Assembly: GCA_964432405.1 (NCBI GenBank)
Contig: CAYSNH010000001.1
Span: 1-32,000 of the forward strand
Direction: 5' to 3'
Length of the DNA: 32,000 nt
Origin: an uncultured Candidatus Saccharibacteria bacterium
GTDB taxonomy: Bacteria > Patescibacteriota > Minisyncoccia > UBA6257 > UBA11618
Shown here: positions 22,949 through 30,026 of the stretch, in pieces
Numbering within the stretch: position 1 is the first letter of the stretch
Layout of the letters: every line of letters begins with the position of its first letter
Translations under genes and position numbers: made by a program
Notes under the pieces: generated by a model
What the model was told of the DNA's origin: nothing
Databases searched by the model: none
The model's input: only the letters and a program-made list of their open reading frames with translations

Positions 22949-24082
22949 CTATACTGATCGATAAATCTTAATTACCTGATCAATATAATCATCCCAATTT
23001 CTCTCTTTAGCTAAACGATAATTGCCCTCTCCTAATTTTTGAGCCAATTCTTCATTGCTTAATATTTTAACAAGAGCATCTGCTGTTGCTTCAATGTTAT
23101 CTTCAGGAACTAATAGTCCTGTTTCTTGATGATGAACAGCGTCCGATACACCTCCTGAGTCTGCTGCTACCACTGGTTTTTTATATAAACCAGCCTCTAA
23201 ATATACTAGACCATAACCTTCAAAGTTATGATTAATATAACGAGAAGTTAGAGCAAAAACGTTACATCTTTTAAATAAGTAATCTAAATTTTGAGATGAT
23301 GTTTCAGGCAGAATTAATAAATTTTTTTTGTACTGAATAGGATTCAATAGTTTATAGTACTTATCCCTATCACCATTTCCTACAATAACTAAATAAATAT
23401 TAGGAATTTTTTTAATAACATTTGGTAAAGCCTTAATTAAAATATCCATTCCTTTTCTAGACTTGAGAGGGCCTATACTTAGAATAACTTTAGCTGATTC
23501 TGGAATATTAAAATGATCTTCTTGAGAAGCTGTTATTTTTGATGGTTGAGTAACTGGTAAGTTGATTACATCAATAGAACGGCAATGATTAGAAACTTTC
23601 TGTGCTTGTTGAGCAGTAAAATTACTAATAGCAATAACCTTACTAGCTTTTTTAAAAGACTCTAATAGTAATTGCCTTTGAATGATCTTGGTAAAAGGTC
23701 TCACTGAATAACTGCCAATCGCTGAATAAATAAAAGGGCATTTATTTTTTTTAGCCCAATGCCAACCTGTTAAGTTATAGGGAAAGTCTATTAAAGAATG
23801 AATAATAACTGGCTCTGAAAAAGTTTTTTTAATGATTAATAATTTTAGAAATTTAAGTATATTTCTCCAACAACTCAATACGGGAAGTAAAGATGGTAAT
23901 TCATAGCTAATTTGATTAACAAAAGGGACATCTATTCGTTTAGCATTCCAAGGAAGAAAAAGTTGGAAAGGAACTCCTCTTTTATGTAAATAGCTAGCAT
24001 GATTGTAGGTTAGAGTCCCCCAACCTGAGCTAGGAGTAATTGTATTACTAATAAGAATAATTTTCCTTTTTTCATTTATCAT
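22949..24082 (-). CDS. GT4-family glycosyltransferase (paralog B)
   Basis: Same C-terminal GT4 module as paralog A. The N-terminal two-thirds are only about half identical to A (for example HSLIDFPY and KVILSIGPLKSRKG are conserved). Confidence 0.8.
   Translation of the reverse strand: MINEKRKIILISNTITPSSGWGTLTYNHASYLHKRGVPFQLFLPWNAKRIDVPFVNQISYELPSLLPVLSCWRNILKFLKLLIIKKTFSEPVIIHSLIDFPYNLTGWHWAKKNKCPFIYSAIGSYSVRPFTKIIQRQLLLESFKKASKVIAISNFTAQQAQKVSNHCRSIDVINLPVTQPSKITASQEDHFNIPESAKVILSIGPLKSRKGMDILIKALPNVIKKIPNIYLVIVGNGDRDKYYKLLNPIQYKKNLLILPETSSQNLDYLFKRCNVFALTSRYINHNFEGYGLVYLEAGLYKKPVVAADSGGVSDAVHHQETGLLVPEDNIEATADALVKILSNEELAQKLGEGNYRLAKERNWDDYIDQVIKIYRSV
22952..23282. repeat. Copy B of the perfect 331-bp direct repeat
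   Basis: See copy A. A second in-register identical 44-bp patch lies at 22226-22269 and 23450-23493. Confidence 0.9.
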
Positions 24083-24098
24083 TTTTAAATTAGTTAAA

Positions 24099-25919
24099 TT
24101 ATATAGTTACTTTATACTTCTTAGCCCAGATTTGAAAAATTAATAAGTTCCAAATAATAATTAAATTATATTCTTTTTTTTCTTTATGATTCTGCAAGAT
24201 CTTTTTAATAGCCTGCCAATCAAATAGATTTTTGGTTGGTGAATAATATTCTTCTGATAAAATTTTCTCAACCATTTCATAAATTTTTGGACGACGCAAC
24301 CATTTAGCCCCAGGTGATATCCAGCCTCTTTTTGGCTGATGATATAAAAAGGAGGGTAACTCTCTTTTAAATGCTTCTTTTAAAATTATCTTTGTATTAA
24401 AAACATTAACCTTATTTGAAACAGGTATTCTATTAGCCATTTCTACCACCCTTTTATCTAATAAAGGAACTCTAATCTCAAGACCATGAGCCATACCCAT
24501 CTTATCAGTTCTCATCAAACATTCGTCAACCAGCCAAGTAGAGCGATCAGTTCTCATAAATGAATCTACAAAGCTCTCTCCTTTTTTCCAATTATAATTA
24601 AAAAACTCCTTAGGATAGTCATTTATATAATCCCTTTTAACAATCTGATCTAATAATGATTTTTTTTGAAACATAAACCGCTGAAACATTGCAAATCCTA
24701 ATAGATTATCTATTCTTTTCAATTTTTTATTAAAATTAAATAATTTTCTAAGCCATTGAGGCAGCTTGTTGTATGTCTCCACTATTTTGCTATAACGATA
24801 ACGCTTATAACCACCAAGCAACTCATCACCTCCATCACCCGCTAACACAACACTCACTTTCTGCTTGGTAAATTTAGCCAAACTAAACATAGCTACTGTA
24901 GTTGGATTAGCAATTGGCTCATCAAGGTGCCAAACTATTTTCTCTAAGTCTTCTAAAAGATTATTTTCAGAAATATATAAATTATTATGATCTGCCTTAT
25001 AATAATCAGCTGTTTTCTTTGCCAACTCAGCATCATCATTAAATTTTTTACTCTCTTCTTCCTCATTCAACTCATACCCAGCTGAGAAAGTATTAACCTT
25101 GTCTCTAATCTTAGTCACGCAATTCAAAATTGAAGTCGAATCAAATCCTCCTGAAAGGTAAATTCCCAAGGGGCGATCAGAAATTAATTGTTTTTTAGTA
25201 GCCTGACAAATCTCATTTTTTAACTCCCTAGCTAATTCTTTTTTAGATTTTTCAACTAGCTTCTCATTAGACTCCTCCCAATACCTTTCAACGTCAAATT
25301 GATTATTTTTCAAAGTAGCTCTGTGAGCCGGCATTAATTTAAAGATATCCTTAAACATAGTTTTAGGACCAGGAACATAAAGAACTCTTAAATATAAATT
25401 GAAGGCATCCTTATCCAAAATTCTTGGCACATCATGCTCCAAAATAGCTTTAATCTCTGAAGAAAAAATAAACTTATTACCATCCCAGAAATAATATAGA
25501 GGTTTAACTCCCATGTGATCTCTAGCTAAAAATAATTCTTTATTTCTCTCATCCCAAATAGCAAAAGCAAAAATACCTTCAAAATACTCCACGCACCTAC
25601 CTCCCCATTCCTGATACGCAGCTAAGATAACTTCCGTATCACTATCACTTCTAAAACTATATTTATCCTTTAATTGTTCTTTTATTTTTTTAAAATTATA
25701 AATCTCGCCGTTATAAGTGATAATCAAATTACCCTCAGCGCCCTTCATTGGCTGAGAAGCTTGCTCGCTGAGATCTATAATGCTCAATCTATTATGACCT
25801 AAAGAAATATTGTCATTAATAAAATGGCCCGTACCATCTGGGCCACGATGTTGAGTTGTCTCGTTCATTTTAAGAAGCAGCTCTTTGTTATTAAAATTAA
25901 AACCATTAATTGCGCACAT
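24099..25919 (-). CDS. Asparagine synthase (glutamine-hydrolysing) family amidotransferase, AsnB-like (second copy)
   Basis: MCAINGF nucleophile Cys2, YNGEIYNF, and the PP-loop YLSGGFDSTSI. 606 aa. Confidence 0.8.
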   Translation of the reverse strand: MCAINGFNFNNKELLLKMNETTQHRGPDGTGHFINDNISLGHNRLSIIDLSEQASQPMKGAEGNLIITYNGEIYNFKKIKEQLKDKYSFRSDSDTEVILAAYQEWGGRCVEYFEGIFAFAIWDERNKELFLARDHMGVKPLYYFWDGNKFIFSSEIKAILEHDVPRILDKDAFNLYLRVLYVPGPKTMFKDIFKLMPAHRATLKNNQFDVERYWEESNEKLVEKSKKELARELKNEICQATKKQLISDRPLGIYLSGGFDSTSILNCVTKIRDKVNTFSAGYELNEEEESKKFNDDAELAKKTADYYKADHNNLYISENNLLEDLEKIVWHLDEPIANPTTVAMFSLAKFTKQKVSVVLAGDGGDELLGGYKRYRYSKIVETYNKLPQWLRKLFNFNKKLKRIDNLLGFAMFQRFMFQKKSLLDQIVKRDYINDYPKEFFNYNWKKGESFVDSFMRTDRSTWLVDECLMRTDKMGMAHGLEIRVPLLDKRVVEMANRIPVSNKVNVFNTKIILKEAFKRELPSFLYHQPKRGWISPGAKWLRRPKIYEMVEKILSEEYYSPTKNLFDWQAIKKILQNHKEKKEYNLIIIWNLLIFQIWAKKYKVTI

Positions 25920-25921
25920 GA

Positions 25922-28198
25922 TTATGTAATTAAATTAACTAATGATTTTAAATTATTTTCCCAACTATACTGCTGAACATTTTTGTAAGCAGTATCTGAC
26001 AATCTTTTCCCTAAGCTCCTATCATTCAATAAAAGTTCAATCTTTTTTCTAAGATCCTCAACATCACCTAGATTAAAAAGAAAGCCATTCTCTCCATCAT
26101 TAATGATTTCCAAGTTACCACCTACTCTAGTAATAATAATTGGTAAACGAGCAGACATGGCTTCTAGGACAACGTGAGGCAAGCCCTCATAAGAAGTATT
26201 AAGAACGAATACATCAGCCTTCTGCATGTATTGATAAACTTTATCTTTAGCAACCTTACCTGTTAGCTGAATGTTATTATTCAATCCTAAATCATTTATT
26301 TTATTTTGTAATTCATTTCTTAAAGGCCCATCACCTACTATCAATAAAAGTAAATCTGGACTCTCCTTAACTAACCGACTCATCAAATCAATTAATTGAC
26401 CAAAACCCTTCCAATCTACCAAACGACCAACTGAAAGAATAGTTGGTCTATCAGAAAACTCTTTTTTATCCACCACAGAAAGATTAGTGGCGTTATAAAT
26501 AACCTCAATCTTATCCTCCTTAACGCCCCATTGCTGTACTATGCTTTTGAGATAGCGACTAGGAACAATAATTCTCTTGCTACGATTACATACAAACTTT
26601 TGCACCATTCTCATAATGCTAATAATAAAAGGAAAGCCTCCTCTCTTTTGGAATTCATCAATATTATCAGTTGCTACCTTCCTATTGCGAGCCATCTCCC
26701 AAGAAGGATCACCAACAACCTTTAAGAAAAATCCTCTTCCTGTGACTAAGCTCGCTAGAGCACAAGGCAAGCCTGAGCTCACCGGACCTTGGCAATAAAT
26801 AGCATCATTTTTTTTCATCAACTTCATTAATTGCCAAAAATAGACTCCGTAACGAGTTAAGCGACTACGATATCTGAAAATCCTCTTGATATAATAAGGC
26901 TCAAAAGAATCTTTTTTGTCATTGGCATAGCAAATAACATTGACCAGAGAGCCTTGCCTTGTTAATTCATCAGCTATTTTTTTAGTATAGGTTGCCGGAC
27001 CACCAATATCAGGTGGGAAGATACCAGCTGCCAAAAGAACCCTTTTATTTAAAAGTTTATTAAGCAAACTTCTCATCTTCTCTGATAACAATTCCCAATT
27101 ATATTCTTGAACTACCATTTCCCTACCATTCCTTATTACTCTCTCACTTAATTGAACATCATTAATCATCTTGAATAAGCTATCAGCTATAGATTGTGGA
27201 TCACCAGGTTGGCAAAACAAGCCATTAACCTCATCAATTAAGAAATCAGGAATGCCCCCCACTGGAGTCGCTATAACTGGCAATCCAACAGCCATTGCTT
27301 CTAGAAAACTATTGCCCAATCCTTCCGATAAAGAAGGTCTAATAAATATATCTGATGTAGCTAAATATTTTGGCACTTCTTTTTGATCTACGAACCCCGT
27401 TAAAATAACAGACTCTTCTAAATTATTATCTTTAATAATTTCTTCTATTTTAACTCTCTCACTACCTTCTCCTAATATTAATAGTTTTAGAGGTAAGTCT
27501 AATTTGTTTTTTAATAAAGCAAATCCTTTTACAAGATCACTCACGCCATTTTTAGATTCTAAACGAGAGGTTGTAATAATTATTTTTTCCTCTTCTTTAA
27601 TATTTAGCTTATTCCTCAACTCCATTTTTTCCTGATCAGAAAAAGATTGTGTGAACTTATCAATGTCAACGCCATTAGGAATAATAGTAATTGGTCCTTG
27701 ATAACCAAATCGCCAAGCTCTTTGAGCTAAATAATTACTAATAGAATGAATGTAATCTGCTTTTTTATAAATCGCCTTATATAAAGGACTCCAGAAGAAA
27801 GTTTTTCTTCTTATCTTCTCTTCCGTATGACCTTCTTGAGTTGTTAATAGATAGGGAGTTTTTAAATTAAACCATTTAAAGAAAAGATTGGTTAAGGTCG
27901 CTGGATTAGCCATCACTCCCCAAGTCATATCAAATTTTTCTTTCCTATTAAGTTTTAACGCCTTCAATAAAGCTGGGATGGTCATTATATATTTATCTAA
28001 ACCTCTGACTCCCAAGCCAACTCTAATAACCTTAATGTTATCAATCATTTCCTCTCTAGCTAATTTTCTATCATTCCAACAAGTAATAAGGGTAAACTCA
28101 AATTCAGGCAGGCGCTTACACACCTCCTTGATAGCCACCTCAGCACCACCTACATAAGGAAAATATTCTAGTGATAAAATTAAAATTTTCTTTTTCAT
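25922..28198 (-). CDS. Tandem double GT4 glycosyltransferase (two complete GT-B modules in one 758-aa protein)
   Basis: Module 1: MKKKILILSLEYFPYVGGAEV ... SEGLGNSFLEAMAVGLPVIATPVGGIPDFLIDEVNGLF. Module 2 starts near RVLLAAGIFPPDIGGPATY (about nt 27045) and contains YEGLPHVVLEAMSARLPIIITRVGGNLEIINDGENGFLF. Confidence 0.8.
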   Translation of the reverse strand: MKKKILILSLEYFPYVGGAEVAIKEVCKRLPEFEFTLITCWNDRKLAREEMIDNIKVIRVGLGVRGLDKYIMTIPALLKALKLNRKEKFDMTWGVMANPATLTNLFFKWFNLKTPYLLTTQEGHTEEKIRRKTFFWSPLYKAIYKKADYIHSISNYLAQRAWRFGYQGPITIIPNGVDIDKFTQSFSDQEKMELRNKLNIKEEEKIIITTSRLESKNGVSDLVKGFALLKNKLDLPLKLLILGEGSERVKIEEIIKDNNLEESVILTGFVDQKEVPKYLATSDIFIRPSLSEGLGNSFLEAMAVGLPVIATPVGGIPDFLIDEVNGLFCQPGDPQSIADSLFKMINDVQLSERVIRNGREMVVQEYNWELLSEKMRSLLNKLLNKRVLLAAGIFPPDIGGPATYTKKIADELTRQGSLVNVICYANDKKDSFEPYYIKRIFRYRSRLTRYGVYFWQLMKLMKKNDAIYCQGPVSSGLPCALASLVTGRGFFLKVVGDPSWEMARNRKVATDNIDEFQKRGGFPFIISIMRMVQKFVCNRSKRIIVPSRYLKSIVQQWGVKEDKIEVIYNATNLSVVDKKEFSDRPTILSVGRLVDWKGFGQLIDLMSRLVKESPDLLLLIVGDGPLRNELQNKINDLGLNNNIQLTGKVAKDKVYQYMQKADVFVLNTSYEGLPHVVLEAMSARLPIIITRVGGNLEIINDGENGFLFNLGDVEDLRKKIELLLNDRSLGKRLSDTAYKNVQQYSWENNLKSLVNLIT

Positions 28199-28200
28199 AA

Positions 28201-28980
28201 TTATCTTTTAGTCCAATCCCAATAACCGCTGATAACAGACTTCCACATCCAAATTGGATCAGTTAAACTCAGACCGGTACGAGAAACTATAAAACTATTT
28301 TGATTTCTATTAACCACTCCCGAAACAAAAGAAAAAGAGTTCTCAAAACCTATCTTTTTCAAGAATTCTCCTAATTGATGATTAAGATTATTATTCTCTC
28401 CAAAAGGATAGGCAAACCACCTAACCTTTTTACCAATCAATTTTTCTAGATTCTGCTTATCTCTTAAAATCTCAGATTTCAAAAAGTCATTTGAAAAATC
28501 CTGGCCTAAATCAACATGATTCACTGTATGACCACCTATCTCAAATAAACTATTCTCAGCCAACATCTTCACTTGATGACTACTAATCAAATTTAAAGAC
28601 TGTCGTCTCATTAATTTATTTTTAACAAAATCATTAGCCTCGTCACCTGTTAAATCAATTAATCCAGAACAAACAAAAAAGGTGGCTGGTATATTTAGTT
28701 CTTGTAAGACGGGCTGTGCATTAGTTGCCCAGTTAGCATAACCATCGTCAAAAGTAATGGCTATCTGATCATTGCCATTCTCAGATAACAATCTTCCTAG
28801 AGGTACAATTTGATAATTACTTTTTAACCATCTCATTCTTTCTCTAAATAAATCTTTATTTTGAATATCATGAAAAACAATAATTCTGTTAGCTGAGGAA
28901 CTTGCTCGTGACAAAAATTGCCAACCATAACAAATAGCTAGCCAAGATTTTTTAATTATTTTTTTTATTTTATTTTTCAT
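28201..28980 (-). CDS. Polysaccharide deacetylase (CE4/NodB homology domain)
   Basis: NodB motifs ITFDDGYANW, GGHTVNHVDL and FAYPFG. I chose the start at ATG 28980 (MKNKIKK), which gives an 11-nt overlap with the upstream gene. The ORF track extends to 29034. Confidence 0.8.
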   Translation of the reverse strand: MKNKIKKIIKKSWLAICYGWQFLSRASSSANRIIVFHDIQNKDLFRERMRWLKSNYQIVPLGRLLSENGNDQIAITFDDGYANWATNAQPVLQELNIPATFFVCSGLIDLTGDEANDFVKNKLMRRQSLNLISSHQVKMLAENSLFEIGGHTVNHVDLGQDFSNDFLKSEILRDKQNLEKLIGKKVRWFAYPFGENNNLNHQLGEFLKKIGFENSFSFVSGVVNRNQNSFIVSRTGLSLTDPIWMWKSVISGYWDWTKR

Positions 28981-30025
28981 GATTATTAATTTCAGTAAAA
29001 ATCTTGTTAACCAATAAAGTTGTTGTATGACCACGTCTAACTATAGCTCTCAACTCCTCACCCAAAGACAATCTTTCTTGGTCGCTAAGAATTAGCAATT
29101 TATTTAACTTATTTATCTGATCATCAAAACTATTTTTATCAACAATTAATAAAGCCTTTAGGTGATCCGGCAATATCTCTGCTACACACTGATTAGGAGT
29201 TAAGATTGGTAAACCACAAGCCATTGCTTCTAAAACAGCTTTGTCCAAACCACCTTCATTGAAACTAATAAAGATTTTGTGCTGACTTAATAATGATGGC
29301 AGCTTATCTTGGCTAACAGGCTCTCGAAAAAACAACTGATCCGTTAATGCTAGATCATCTCTCTGATTCACTAATTTATTTTTAAATTGCTTATCATTTT
29401 CTAAAGTTGGACCATAAAAATTGATCGCGAGTGATTGCCCAAACCTTTCATTATATTTAGCAGCTAAGTCTAATATCTTATCTAGACCCTTAACCGGTGA
29501 ATAACGCCCCGTTGTTATTAGATCAGCCTTCTTTTCAGCAGAAATAATTCGAAAAAGATCCGTATCAATACCGTGACCAATAACCCTTACATTATCCAAG
29601 TTCATGGCAAAAGAACTAGGGGTGGCGGTAAATATACTATCTAAACAAAAACGTGCCTGAAATTTCATTAGCGGGCTAATGTAAGAATGAGTCTTCCATT
29701 GATGAACTTTTTTTCCAAAAAATAATCGAAATGGTAATAACATGGCTGCATAAGGACCACCCATATGAACAAAATATAAATCAGTTTTTCTCAAATTTCT
29801 AAATATTTCTTTATAAAAATTAATAATTGATAAGAAATTATTACTGCCTTTGATAGTTTTAACGATTACATTTTCTGGCAAAGAAAATTCTCCAGCTCTT
29901 AAAGCTAAAACTGTTATCTCTTTTATTTCAGGTCGATAAGAAAATTCTTTTATCCAATTAACAGATACCGCCAATAATGGATCATTCTTATCAACCGCCT
30001 GACAAATAAAAATAATGTTTTTCAT
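28970..30025 (-). CDS. Glycosyltransferase, GT-B fold (GT4/GT1-like)
   Basis: C-terminal EGGLDKAVLEAMACGLPILTPN (E-x7-E region). N-terminal Rossmann-like MKNIIFICQAVDKNDP. 351 aa. Confidence 0.7.
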   Translation of the reverse strand: MKNIIFICQAVDKNDPLLAVSVNWIKEFSYRPEIKEITVLALRAGEFSLPENVIVKTIKGSNNFLSIINFYKEIFRNLRKTDLYFVHMGGPYAAMLLPFRLFFGKKVHQWKTHSYISPLMKFQARFCLDSIFTATPSSFAMNLDNVRVIGHGIDTDLFRIISAEKKADLITTGRYSPVKGLDKILDLAAKYNERFGQSLAINFYGPTLENDKQFKNKLVNQRDDLALTDQLFFREPVSQDKLPSLLSQHKIFISFNEGGLDKAVLEAMACGLPILTPNQCVAEILPDHLKALLIVDKNSFDDQINKLNKLLILSDQERLSLGEELRAIVRRGHTTTLLVNKIFTEINNHEK

Positions 30026-30026
30026 A

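Noticed and set aside
21728-23282. Whether the 331-bp repeats are terminal repeats of a mobile element or MITE
   Set aside because: The copies are direct, lie entirely within or in register with homologous GT4 coding sequence at a fixed 1224-bp offset, and have no transposase, integrase, inverted termini or target-site duplication. Paralog gene conversion explains them better.
28981-29034. Extended N-terminus (MVIQQLYWLTRFLLKLII) of the deacetylase ORF; similarly 6943-6975 for the GT-C gene
   Set aside because: The extensions would create 65-nt and 41-nt overlaps with the upstream genes. Internal ATGs at 28980 and 6976 give 11-nt and 8-nt overlaps typical of this locus, and sensible N-termini. 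For the GT-C gene I kept the track coordinate in the feature table and flagged the alternative start.
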